Assembly: GCA_951406725.2 (NCBI GenBank)
Contig: OX597814.1
Location: 86,428,001 to 86,492,000 of the forward strand
Reading direction: 5' to 3'
Source: Octopus vulgaris
Taxonomy: Eukaryota
DNA: 64,000 nt
Shown here: positions 11,714 to 24,123 of the stretch, piece after piece
Layout of the letters: the number at the start of each line of letters is the position of its first letter
Numbering within the stretch: the stretch's first letter is position 1
The notes under the pieces: model-generated
Told to the model about the DNA's origin: nothing
What the model saw: only the letters and a program-made list of their open reading frames with translations
Database searches by the model: none
Made by a program: the position numbers and the translations under genes

Positions 11714-12586
11714 TACAAGGTAGTATAAAAAATTCCCAGACTAGTTCTGTAACACACCAATAGATGGTGTACCCCTGGTTGTGCATGCAGTGAGAGCTAG
11801 CAGTGACCTTCATGAGGCAGTATTCTAAATTATATCACTGTGTTTACTTCTCAAGTTGTGAAATTAGTGTTTTTGTGATTCACAAGTATGCTGTTGTCTG
11901 CGATTTTATCATGGACAGGAACAAAAGAGCCAATGTGAAATTTTGTGTTAAACTTGGGAAGTCTGCAACAGTGACATTGAGCAAGCTTACAGCAACAAGG
12001 CAATTAGTCATACGCGATGTATCGAGCAGCACAGGTAATTCAAAAGCAGAAGAAGATCACTGGAAAATGATGAGTGATCTGGAAGACTTGCCATGAGTGT
12101 CAACCCCCTTGTCCCCCAGGGCCAGACTGTCAATCAAGAGTTCTACTGTGACATTTTGAAGCATTAGAGGAAAGACATTTGTTGAAAGTGAGTGGATCTG
12201 TAGAGTGCAAAGAATTGGATTCTTCACAGTCACCGAGCACCTGGTCACTGAGCTCTCTCACCAAAACAACATGGCACCACTTCTGCACCCACCCTATTCA
12301 CAAAATTTAGTACCTGCGGACTCCCATCCCTTCCCCAAGATGAAAATGCAGCTCAAAGGTCACCATTTTAACACTGTTGTCAAGATCCAGAGCAAATCGC
12401 AGAATGTCCTCGACTCGCTTACGGAAAATGACTTCCAAGGCAGATTCTAAAAGTGGCAGGAATGCTGGAAGCAGTGTATTATTGTGCAAGGTGACTATTT
12501 CGAAGGAGATGATGTTAAAACTTAGGTAAATAAGTTATTTTTTATTAAACATAAGTAGTCCAGGAACCTTTTGATAACACCTCGTA
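11714..12586 (+). mobile_element. Internally deleted mariner element, copy B (same family as 4795-5587, opposite orientation)
   Basis: Same TIRs (...CCAGGAACCTTTTGATAACACCTCGTA); remnants NVKFCVKLGKSAT and HPPYSQNLVPADSHPFPKMK. Confidence 0.88.
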
Positions 12587-13235
12587 ATTTTGCTTAAATC
12601 ATTCATGCCCTTAAGAAAACCATAAACATTACACAATCTCACTTCTCAATTCCTTTTCTCCTATAAATCTAGGAATTGAAAGCCAACAATTTTACTTTTT
12701 TCAGCCTATGAGGTCACTCAAACTGCTATAAATATTAGGCGAAAACACCTCTCAACAAATAGTATATATATATCTAGTCACTTTTACATCTCTATTTCTA
12801 TTTTCTTAAACATTTATCAGAAAGATAGAAACCAATAAATTATTAAATTATCCCAAATAAACAGATGATGTGTGATTTCGTTTAATTGCATTAATATTCC
12901 ACCCATACTATTGTGGAGTATGTCCTTACAACTTATAAGCATACCTATTATGGATATAACAAACAGATATGTGATTTAGTTTAACTGTATCAACTGTCCA
13001 TAAATCCTAGATATATAAAGGTTGGAAAGCTGGAAACCATTTATCATAGGTCTGCTAAATCAGGTTACTGCAACCCTAAGGCTTGTCTAATCAGGTCAAA
13101 TCATCCAACTTACTGCAGCATGGAAAACAGATGTTAAATGATGATGATGATGATGATATACTATTCTGCAATTAAATCAATCTGGATTATGGTTTTATTT
13201 ATCACGAAGAGCTATATGAAAAGATATCAACTTAC

Positions 13236-13255
13236 CCACAATCCCACTGCAACAG
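13236..13255 (-). CDS. MORC2: MORC2 exon 13, 20-nt microexon (CCSGIVG)
   Basis: tttcctttcatttcag|C TGT TGC AGT GGG ATT GTG G|gtaagt. Bridges phase 2 to phase 1 and supplies the residues equivalent to ACGGVVG. Confidence 0.88.
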
Positions 13256-13310
13256 CTGAAATGAAAGGAAAAAAATGAAAATATTTATTCTTTCTCCTTT
13301 TATAATTGTA

Positions 13311-13545
13311 AAACAGTTTGCTGGACATTGTTGTAGAGCTGAAAAAGAGGTAATTTCTACTCTTCTCTTCTGGAAGCCATCTACTTGCAATACCAGAGGG
13401 CGCACACTCTCCTACCCTGATGTAATCTCCAGGGATACAGGCATCCAGCAACAGGACCTCCGTAATGCCATGATGGATCGTGAAGTCTGGCGTAGCTTGG
13501 TAAATTCCATTGTCTCGACCACGGTCGAACAATGATGATGATGAA
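13311..13545 (+). mobile_element. 5'-truncated RTE-like LINE 3' end with (TGA)n tail
   Basis: QFAGHCCRAEKEVISTLLFWKP...RGRTLSYPDVISRDTG...MMDREVWR ends at a stop followed by TGATGATGATGA; retains CpGs. Confidence 0.8.
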
Positions 13546-14194
13546 TGGCTCAATATTGATTTAGATGTTTTAAAGTATATTTTCAGTTACACATCTCAGA
13601 TCTATACTAAACAATCTAACACTACAAAATGCCAGTTAATGGTTATTTGGAGACTGCTAAAACCAAACAAATATTCAACCTCCAGTGAGGAGCTTATTGA
13701 TACATTTATATTAGTTCACAGAAACTAAAAAAGAAATTCTACATCTTAAGACATTATTTCACATCAGACATGGGCAACCTCTTCCGAAAAGCAGACCGCA
13801 TGAGACATGGCTTATCAATAGGTGGGCTAAAAAAAATTCAACATAACTTTTCATTAGGCATGCTATTCTGAAAATCTTGCAGGTTGCAGCTTGCCCATGA
13901 TTACCTTACATAAATAATTACCCATCACAAAATGGTTCTACAGGTATCTTAATACATGTGGAATATGTAGAATAGCTTCTATTCTACATATTCCACATGT
14001 ATGGAACGACTTGACAGGAACTGGCAGGAGCCACACCAGGTTCCATAGTCTGTTTGACTTGGTTTCTACTGCTAGATGCTCTTTCTAAAACCAACCACTC
14101 CACAGAGTGTACAGTTGAGATTAAATAATATAAATTTGTCCTATTGACGCAATCATGATGATGATGTGTTCAGAGTCATCTATGCTAGTGAAAG

Positions 14195-14480
14195 TTATGC
14201 TACATGTTCTACATACAATTACACATATAGAAGATATTTTACATATTCCACATGTATTAAGATACCTAGAATTTATTTTACATGTTCATCAAATAATTAC
14301 TCGTCTGAAGGATATACATGCTCATGAGGTAATTACATATATGGAGGATATACCACATGCTCCTTATATACTACATAAAAAGAATACAATAAGCTCCAAA
14401 GTATATTATCCATTTGAATGATATGCTACATATTCATAAAATAATTTCATGTCCGAAGAATATTTTAAAAAAGCATGAAT
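14195..14480. repeat. Diverged ~39 bp tandem repeat next to the exon 12 donor
   Basis: Recurring GATAT(G/T)(C/T)TACAT(A/G)TTC...AATTAC; appears as a 13-aa periodicity in spurious ORF 14155..14421. Confidence 0.65.
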
Positions 14481-14490
14481 TTGTACTTAC

Positions 14491-14631
14491 ACCCCACCTT
14501 CCAACTGCGGTCCAACCTTTTCATACATCCGAATCAATCGGCTACAATTATATACAAATATTCCATCCTGGTTACGATTGTCAATATTTACACCATATAT
14601 AAAACTGAGGTTCTTTGGTTCTTTGAGTGCT
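14491..14631 (-). CDS. MORC2: MORC2 exon 12 ([47 protein letters not shown])
   Basis: ttttcag|...|gtaagt; 141 nt; [20 protein letters not shown] motif of the S5 domain. Confidence 0.95.
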
Positions 14632-15505
14632 CTGAAAAAAAAGTAAAATTTTATGAATACATTGGAATGTTAACTTTTTTTTTTTGTCTACTCTATAGTT
14701 GAAATAATTAAGGATACATGTTAATCAACCACTTTTTGAACCTCCAGTTTCAAATCACTGCACATTTTCATGGTCCCTGAACAAAACACTTTATTCTACT
14801 TACTTTGGCTAACCTAAATGATTGTAATTAAAAGACAATAATTTCTGGAGGAAATTATGCAAATAAGAACCATATTTCCTGTGGTAAATTACCAAAACAG
14901 GTACTATTACAATTAAGTTAAATTACTAGCATTCTAGTAGTTATGTCTTATATCAGCTTACCACAACCTAATGCAGAACAAAACAATAATCCTATGAATT
15001 CTTAGAACGATTTACAACTAGAAAGACTTGAAAATGGATTAACATTTAAATCAACGTTTTCTCTAAGCTGGATGGATAGCTTTTCAACACCCAGGGACAT
15101 TTAGTATAAGCTTACCCTTTCATATTTTATTCAATGAAGATTCCCAAAAGTTTCTCCTTGAACACTATTTTTTAAGGAGAAAATCAAAATGGTACATAAA
15201 CTTATTTCATTTATGAACACAAGGTCGATGTGCAGGGTACTGTACACTGATTTAGCCCTAGTTCATCACCAATACTTAAACAAGAAAGGATGATAGATGA
15301 AACTGAAGCACATAAGGACATAAGAAACTACTTAATACTATAAATCAACTGAATGTGCCTTGAAAGAAGGCATAGTTAGGAGTGGTGTGTCAACCGTTAT
15401 TTCTTTTTAATAATAAAAGCACAGTAGAATTGTAATTTTAATTGATTAAAAGAAGTTTCATATACTGTCTGTCAGCTTATGTGTTGCCCTCACCACCTTT
15501 CCATA

Positions 15506-15538
<33 letters not shown>

Positions 15539-15578
15539 TGCTTCTTGCTCCCTCCAAAAAATATTTGCTCAAACTTAC

Positions 15579-15664
15579 TTCATTTTCCGGTCAGCCACCA
15601 TTTTGCGTATTTGAGACTCTTTACGACATTCTAATGCAAAAGTCTGTGCTTTCCGCAAATCTGC
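15579..15664 (-). CDS. MORC2: MORC2 exon 11 (ADLRKAQTFALECRKESQIRKMVADRKMK; CC1)
   Basis: ttgcag|...|gtaagt; 86 nt; open frame and phase-consistent. Confidence 0.9.
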
Positions 15665-16288
15665 CTGCAATCCAGAATGTATCAACAACAAAGTTACACA
15701 AACCATTATAAATTTATGAGAATAAAAAGAAAAAGTTTCAGGTACAAATTCAGGTCATTATTTACAAATTTCAACCACAGCGTCTTCATAATCTAAGCAT
15801 GGCTATCAGCACTCTGATGAGAGAATTATCTATGGAGAACTATTCCATGACGATAGGATAATAGATATATTTTTCCACAACAGTGCACAATTTAATCTGA
15901 GATACTCAGCAGTGCTATAATTACTCAGTAGTAGCAGTTAACCACTTAGCCATTATGTCACCTATCTATCAACTCTTTAGTATTTAAACAGGCCATAACC
16001 AGCCGAAATATTCTACCTGTTTTAGGTTGAAACCGGCCAGATCCTGCCTTTCACACCTATTTTATAATGTCATCCTAAACACAAACAGACCCATCATCGA
16101 AATCTCAAATCTATGAGATAGTACATGATTAATTCAAAGCTATGTAAATAAATAAACATTACATTTGACAGAGTAATATGAACACTAAAGGGTTAAGACA
16201 CACTATATGAATACACAGTACTATTTCTGCTAATATCTCATCCATCTCAATTTGTTAAGCCAATGCAATAAAGACAAACACTACTTAC

Positions 16289-16334
16289 TCTCAGATCTTT
16301 ATTAAAAGAGGTACCACATTTTTTCTCCAAGTTT
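16289..16334 (-). CDS. MORC2: MORC2 exon 10 (NLEKKCGTSFNKDLR; CC1 tip)
   Basis: tttgtag|...|gtaagt; 46 nt; phase fits exons 9 and 11. Confidence 0.88.
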
Positions 16335-16471
16335 CTACAAAGAGAGGAAAATGAAACTTTGAGCCTCGGACATTAAAAGTTAACAATAATTCTAAATGGG
16401 AAATAATCAATTCATCAAAAGTAATGACTGAATAATCAAACAAATTAAAAGAATTTCAGTAAATTTTTTAC

Positions 16472-16717
16472 TTTGCTTTGCTCTCTGCTTCTCGAGATTT
16501 CTCAGCAGCAATTTTGGCATCTTCATCAGCTCTGTTAGCATCTTGTTCAGAACGCGTTCGGAATCTGTTGGACGAATATCTGTACATGCGTTGTTTATAG
16601 AGACAGCAAGCTAAACGTTTGGTACGGACTTTCTTATTTTGGATATATATTTTCATTCTTGGATCCATATACAGGACTGCTGTGTAAGCGCGGAATGACT
16701 TCCTCTCAGGCATTAAA
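16472..16717 (-). CDS. MORC2: MORC2 exon 9 ([21 protein letters not shown]...REAESKAK; start of CC1)
   Basis: ttctag|...AA|gtaaaa; 246 nt; ORF 16468..16713. Confidence 0.95.
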
Positions 16718-18216
16718 CTAGAAGTTTTTTTTAAAAATCAAGAGATTTTAATTAAATCAATTTAGATTGAGAAAAAAATAGATATCCATATAACTAAAAC
16801 AATTGAAAATGACAGTTTCCGAGACACATAACCTTTTTGATACCAACCCACCTGAGACCACCTCTGGTTTTATAATATAAACTTCCTGTTTAAAAGTGAT
16901 CTAAATTACAATCTTTCATCAAAATTTCATGTCAATTTATGTTCCAAATAAAGGTACCAAGCTAGCAGAATTATTAGTACACTGGGCAAAATGCTCAGCA
17001 GCATTTGTCCATCCTTACATTCTACATTCAAATTCTTCCAAGATCAACTTTGCCTTTCATCCTTTTGAGGTCAATAAAATAAGTACCAGATGAACGCTGG
17101 AGTTGATGTAATCAACTTACTCCTCCCCCAGAACTGCTGGCCTTGTGTTAAAATTTGAAATCAATTTATGTTCCAAATTGCATTTTAATAAAGACAAAGT
17201 TATTTTACTAAATAATTCATAATTTTCAAAACTGATTGAAACAGGAGCAATGTATTTCAACAGCAATAGGTAATGAAAGGGATAAAGTAATATAAAAGTG
17301 AACTAAGACAAAACAGGAAAACTTCCTAATTTTATAAATTTGCAGCAAGTAGAAAATTCTTGTGAAAATAATTATGAAGAGTCTAAATTGACCTTTGAAA
17401 GCTGATTTGTATTATATTGTACAGGAAGAGGTTCGATAAGATTATTTAGAAATACAGAAAAAGTTGAAAAGAAAAGAAGATGCAAAATGAAGGAGTATTT
17501 TAAGTATGGATAAGAGCTAAAAGAAAATATTGAAAGAAACAATAAATTCACAAAATTCACTTAATTTCAGAAAACACAGTAGTGATAGAATGGAGTAAAA
17601 TCAACAAAATATGAATATATTCAACACTAAATTTTAACTAAGAAAACGCACAACAGAGACATTCCATTAACCATAGAATTAGCAGTTTGATTAAAGATAA
17701 TCAGGCCAATATTTTTTGTTTTAGGCAGAAATCAGCCCATAAAAAATTCTAATCATCTCAAATTTTGGTTTCAGCCATTACATCTTATTTATGTCAATGA
17801 TATTGTCTTGGTAAAAAAAAAAAATTCTCTCACATCTTTTTGAAAAACGCAACCAGAGACTCTTCCAGTCTACTCTCCCTAACAAGCTACAATTCAGAAA
17901 TAGATATACAGGGGATTTTGTTGGTGAGGTGAAGTGGTATTTTTTGACAGCGTTATTAAGAGGAATTGATATATTAACGTATCAAAACACACTTCTATTT
18001 ATTGGCTGCCATGAAACATCACTATATTCAAGAACATAGCAAGTATATAAATGAATTTAATACTAAACAACAAAAGTCGTTTTACAGATATTATATAATA
18101 CGTTCAGTATTACATAGCAAGACCGCTGAATAAATAAAATATCATTTTAATGCATAAGTAGAAACACTGTCAATACGATATAGATGAAAACAATAAAGTT
18201 GTCAGAAGTTACCTAC

Positions 18217-18437
18217 CCTTCATCAGAGTCAAATTCTCCAGAGAGTGGATTATTGAGAATAATATCTGTTGTGTCTGAGACAATATCCAATTCAGGTTCA
18301 CCATTATCCAACAATTTTAAATTGTAAATTATCACAAGGGTTCCAGTGGAAGAATTAATTTTGTCAAACTGAGCATAGAAATCTTCAAGATTTTTAAATG
18401 GGGAATACTTCAAGATTAAACTCATCTCTAAGTCATG
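18217..18437 (-). CDS. MORC2: MORC2 exon 8 ([14 protein letters not shown]...[21 protein letters not shown]...DSDEG)
   Basis: ttatag|...GG|gtaggt; 221 nt; ORF 18213..18425. Confidence 0.95.
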
Positions 18438-19989
18438 CTATAAAGCAAAAGAAAGTGTAGATGAAAGATATTTGTACTAGACAGAGTCAATTTCTTCAAG
18501 TATATATGTGTGTGTAATGTGTAAATACATATATTGCCAGTAATCCAAAAAAGAAACTCACACTAAAACATTAGAGTAGTAATATATTTATAAAGTTATG
18601 GCCAGTTGGAGAGTGACCCTTGGATTCACACCTAGCTATATAGGCAACTCATCAGATTCAAATAGCCAGAGGCACATAACTCTATAGACTTCTATGTTGG
18701 CATGGATTGGATAGTGTAACAAGATTCAACAAGCCAGAGAATGGCACTAAGCTTTGATGGTCTGGCATGGTTTCTAAAGCTAGATGCCTTCCCTAAATCA
18801 ACCACTTTACAGTGTACTGGGTGCTTTTCTTTTCATGGAACCAGCACTAGTGAAGTAACTTGCAAGACAAAGAAAAAAATCCCTCAACTGAGCGGGGAAG
18901 CAGTATTGAAGAAGATGGCTTTATGCCTGGTGTTAAGAGACTAAAATATGATGGAGGGACAGGCGTAGGTGTCTTGCTATGAAGGAGATATATGGCTAAC
19001 CTGCATTACATAAAGGTAGAAGGGAGTAACTGGAAAGACAATGATGGTGGTGACAAAGTGTTAGAGTACTTAGTCTCAAGATTCAAGAAGATAAGTATAA
19101 GAGGAAATATGCACAAAGGATTAGGAAGGATTGATAAGTTCGTCAGTGTGAGAGGAAAGTGACAGGTGGTTGGAGCAAAGTTGGAGGTGCGGTTGATGGT
19201 AGATATCAGTATGGAGGTGGGAATGAAAGAAATAAGAGTGGATCAGGAATGAGGTGATCAGTGGCAGTACATGAAAGGCGAAGAACTGCAGTATTCTGAA
19301 CATGTAGACAGATTAGAAAACAGGAAGATGATGTGTGTGGAGGGACATGAGAGAGAGAGACAGTAAAAGAGATGGATGTCAGAAGTACAAAAGTGAGATG
19401 AAGCTGTCAACAGCAGATATGTGAGGATATTGAGAATGACAGTAGAAAATGACAGCAGATGAGAGGTGTTAAAGATGAGATATGGCAATCCGAAGGTATA
19501 GCACAGAGGAGAGGGAGAGATAACTCATAGGAGATATAATTCAAGAAAGATAACTAGAAGCACAGAAAAAAGGCAATCAGAAGATTGTATGGGAAGAGAT
19601 GATAGAAAATGAGGGATAGATTTTAAAAGAAAGTGGTTCCAAGGAGTTAGAGTATGGACATGCCTCAATAGGTGTTTAAAATTAATATCTTATGATTTTT
19701 ACTCATCTTAATGACACAAGTAGTAAAGTCTATTGAGTAGTAGAGTCTACTAATAAACTTCTCTTGCCAAAGAAAATATTTAAAGGAATAAATATTTACC
19801 AATTTTTAATCTTCAATCAAAAATCATAAATATAATGCAGTTTTACTCACAATAACAAAAATTTCATAAACTATTTCATAGAATATTTTACAAGGTCTAG
19901 AAAAACACAAAGGAATCATCCAAATTTAAGACAGAAATGTAAAATAAATTATCAAGTTGACAGAGAAAACAAATTAATGAGCTACTTAC

Positions 19990-20064
19990 TTTTTCCAATG
20001 CTCGAACATTCTTAGCAAGAGGGCTTTGGGATTTAGTATCAAAAGAAGGAATTGGCACTACAAC
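19990..20064 (-). CDS. MORC2: MORC2 exon 7 (VVVPIPSFDTKSQSPLAKNVRALEK)
   Basis: tttatag|...|gtaagt; 75 nt, phase 0-0; homologous to VIVPLPTW. Confidence 0.9.
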
Positions 20065-21860
20065 CTATAAAACATGAAGAAAAAGAGTATTAGATAAGAT
20101 TGAAATCTTCTCAGAAAAATTCCATTTTCCTATATCTTATGACCATAAGTGAGAAAATGAAATTTGTGCGATATGGGTGAATAGAAAAGTATAGAAAATA
20201 GCTCATGTGACAAGCATATAGAATGTTTTTTTAATAATTTGAAGACCTCACAAATTACTAATGCCAGTAATTTCAAAACATAAATGCAGGCAAGGTTGTG
20301 TGATTAAGAGGCTTATTTCCTGACTATGTGGCCTTGGGTTTAGTTCCACTGCACAGCACCATGGGCAAATGTCTGCTACTGTAGCGCCAGGCAAGCCAAG
20401 ACCTTGTGAGTGGATTTAAGACAGAAGCTGAAAGAAGCTTGAAAGGAAGGAATGAGAGTAAGTGCGTCTTTGTGTTTGTCCTCCACTACTGTTTGACAAG
20501 TGTCGGTTAGTTTACATCTCCCTTACTTAGCAGTTCAGCAAAAGTGATCAATAGAATAAGTACCAGGCTTAAAAAATAAGCACTGGAAATGATTTGTTCA
20601 ACTGAAGCCTTCAAGAAAGTGCTCCAACATGGTTGCCGTTCAATGACTGAAACAAGTAAAAGATAAAAGATATATACAAATAGTTGTTATTCTATAGATA
20701 CTAACATTTATTATAGATATTATAGAGTCAGGAAAAGTATGAAACATCATCATTATTATTGTTTTAATGTCAGCTTTTCTATCCTTACATGAGCCAGACA
20801 AAATTAAATGAGGCAGATTTTCTGCATCTGGGTGCTCTTCTCATCACCAATCTTCATTTGTTTCCAAGCAGGTCAATATTTCCCCTGCTTCAAACACAGA
20901 CAGCATTTTCACAGAAGCCTGCAAATGAAAGACACCACCTGTATGATGGTAATTATCATCATCGTTTAACGTCCGTCTTCCATGCTGGCATGGGTGGAAC
21001 AGTTTGACAGGAGCCAGCCAGGCAGAAACCTGCACCAGACTTCGGTGGTAATACTCATCTACAATTAGTACATGATGTCAGGACAAATAGATGCAATCAA
21101 AACATACACACATCCATCAGAGAGTTAATATCACTGTTGATAACAGACTTCTCTCTCAGAGTGAAAAGCAGACTGTGTGATACTCATATAGAAACGAAAC
21201 AGCGATGCTACATGGAAGTAATACATGGGTCCTGACTGTAGAGGACTTGTAAAGAAGGAAAGAAAGAGGGACACACATACCACTGGTTTCTATGTAGTTT
21301 CCATCTATCATTTTCACTCATAAGGCAATGATTAGTCCAACACAATAGTAGGAGACACTTGCCCAAGGACTGAATCTAAAAGCAAGAGGTTGCAAAGTGA
21401 ACCCCCTTATCACACAACCATGTCTACCTCTATCTACACCTGCATTTAGTGCCTATATTTTGCATTCTAAATTCTTTCTGTTATGATAAATTAAAATTTA
21501 GATACATTCTTGTCCACTTCAGTCATAATTGCCTTAATCCAGGACATCATCATCATCAACAACATTTAATGCCTGTTTTCTATGCTGGCATACGTTGGAC
21601 GACTTGACAGGAACTGGCAAGGCCAGGAGCCACACCAGGTTCCATAGTTTGTTTAACTTGGTTTCTACTGCTAGATGCCCTTCCTAAAACCAACCACTCC
21701 ACAGAGTGTAAGGCTGAGATTAAATAATATAAATTTGTCCTATTGACGCAATCAAAATGCCTTGAGCTTCAATATTTTTCTGAATTTAGAATGTAATGAT
21801 TAGACATGGTCTATGCAGATTTTATGCTATAACAGATTCCTCAAGCAACTTTATAGTTAC

Positions 21861-21969
21861 CTCATCTATACCTTCTTCTTCGTGGAATGTTCGGGATAGA
21901 AATAAACATGACATAGTGGTTCCCTTTTTTGTAAAAATAATCATGTCATTCCCAATACGCATTGAGCCT
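21861..21969 (-). CDS. MORC2: MORC2 exon 6 ([36 protein letters not shown])
   Basis: tttcag|...|gtaact; 109 nt; matches GSMRIGKDFILFTKK...[16 protein letters not shown]. Confidence 0.95.
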
Positions 21970-23351
21970 CTGAAAAATACAAATGCATAAAATATTATTA
22001 TATATTCCTAATCCATTCAGTTTCTTTGCAAAATAATTCTCTGAAATCACACAAGCATCAATACACAAGAAATTGAATCTCTTTCAAGTAAACTTTAAAA
22101 AAAAAATGATCTTGTTTTATATGCAGGTCTACAGATTGCTTGCTAATGAATCTTTTTGCAGATAAAATCAAATTTTGGTTAAGGATCTGTTTACATTTAA
22201 TTAATATATTTCCCTTATGACAAAGGAATATATATACAGATGCAGATGTGGTTGTATGGTAAGAAGTTTGCTTCCCAACCATATGATTTAGAGTTCAGTT
22301 CCACTGTATGGCACTTTTGGCAAGTGACTTCTATTATAGCCTTGTCAGTGGATTTGGCAGATGGAAACTGAAAGAAGTCCATCATGTATATGTGTGTGTG
22401 TGTTATTGTCTCCTTGCTTTGACATTGCATGATACTTGTGAATGTCACTTATGTGAACACTGTTTTGTTTCTTATGTTCTGTGGAAAGATGTCTGGTCAT
22501 GGGATGATATTACTTTACTTGGAAACAGGCAAGTGTTGGTGTCAGGAAGAGCATCCATCTAGCTGTTGGAAATTCATCTCAACAAATCCTGTTTGACTCA
22601 TGCAAGCATGAAAAAAGTGGATTTTAAAATGATGATGATGACATACATCCCTTATAACCAAACATAAACATGTCCAGGACCAAAGTTAGTTTCATCGATA
22701 AGACAATTCATCAGCAGGTAATCAATAAACCTGTGTATTAAACAAGATCATTCAGTTTTCTTTTTTTGTTTTGTTTTTTGAAGTTTTTCATTTGAAGGAG
22801 AACCAAGCTTGAAGGGAATTTAACTTTATGAACATATAAATAGATGTAATTAGCAAATAATACATGTAAGTATATATTAATTCATTTGTTCGTCTAATGT
22901 CTGCTGTTCCTTGCTAGTATGGGTTAGATAGGAATGTATCAGGAGCAGGATGTTTTTCCAGTCACCAATCTTTACCTGTTTTTCAAGTAAGGGATTTTTT
23001 ATTCTACAATTCTTCATACGTGCAGAGCAACTGGTCATAATGTCAACAGGGAATGTAAAAATCATTCACCATTCACTCAAGCAAAGCTGTAGAAAGTCAA
23101 CATTCACGTGTGTGTACATACACAAACACAGACAGTAACACTGTGTGACTGGTTCTACTAGCACCACTTAACACAGGAACTGAAGGAGCAACAACAATAG
23201 CAAAAAAGCACAATTCCTACATTGCTCTCTATATACACAATGGCTAATGCTAAGTCTTTCTGTTACATATTCATCTTATACTTCATCCTGTTCTATACAA
23301 GTTTTTTGTAAACCACATTAAAAAAATAATTATAACAGTGTAAATACATAC

Positions 23352-23442
23352 GATTTCAAGCCATTGCCATACATTCCAATCTGTTGGGAATCTGCTGACT
23401 TCTTGGAAGATTTGCCAAATGTTATAATATCAGCAGTTTCAT
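23352..23442 (-). CDS. MORC2: MORC2 exon 5 (NETADIITFGKSSKKSADSQQIGMYGNGLKS; ATP lid)
   Basis: ccacag|...|gtatgt; 91 nt; FGKS and IGxYGNGLKS motifs. Confidence 0.95.
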
Positions 23443-23610
23443 CTGTGGAGAAGAATAAGCATCAATATAGATCAATGAAAGCAAAATGTAAAGATTATGA
23501 CATTTTATTTTGTTAAGCAAAATTAATTTGTATGGAGCAAATATAGACAACTTGTATCAAATTAACAGAAATACAACATAATTTAATTCTTGATCTGTTT
23601 TGTGAACATA

Positions 23611-24123
23611 TCTATATATATAAAACTGTAGTTGTGTGAGTGTCTGTCCCCTTCGATTTAGATTCCTAACTACTCCCACATTTTGCAGTGCAGTTTAACC
23701 AAATTCGGGTATCTTATAGTCGTGATTCATATCGAGCCTGTCTGAGTATTAGCACGTGTTTACGATGAGTCTACGATTTTAAAAATAATTTAACATCATT
23801 TTTTATTCCATTTTAATGCATAATTTTTCGTGTGTCGATGGCAGCGGAGTTGGCGTCCATGGTCACACCTGCACCTGTTTGCTTCTCCCCATTCTTCCCT
23901 CCCTCGTGAAGCTGTGGGGAAGGGAGTGTAAGGAAATCAACGTCGTAAAGCGTTGTCAAGGAGACCAGCGTTCTTTTAGAACAACGACTTCATGGCTTGA
24001 AGACACCAAAACAGAAATGGCTAAGAAAGCCCGAATTGGCATCTATAAGGAAAGTAACTCTCTAAAAATGCTTATATAGTTATTTCACTTACAAACCCGA
24101 GCAACGCCGGGCGATACTGCTAG
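23611..24123 (+). mobile_element. Non-autonomous Helitron
   Basis: A|TC start, subterminal hairpin CCCGAGCAACGCCGGG, CTAG|T end, no TSD. Confidence 0.85.

Noticed and set aside
14155-14421. His-rich periodic ORF on the plus strand
   Set aside because: Translation of a 39-bp degenerate intronic repeat antisense to MORC2; no supporting gene structure.
18590-18655. Additional CTGATGA motifs on the minus strand (also near 315 and 42733)
   Set aside because: No properly placed GAAA and NUH, so not called as hammerheads.
18940-19640. Purine-rich tract with minus-strand ORFs
   Set aside because: Low-complexity, strand-biased sequence adjoining a retroposon; translations are compositionally biased and unrecognisable.
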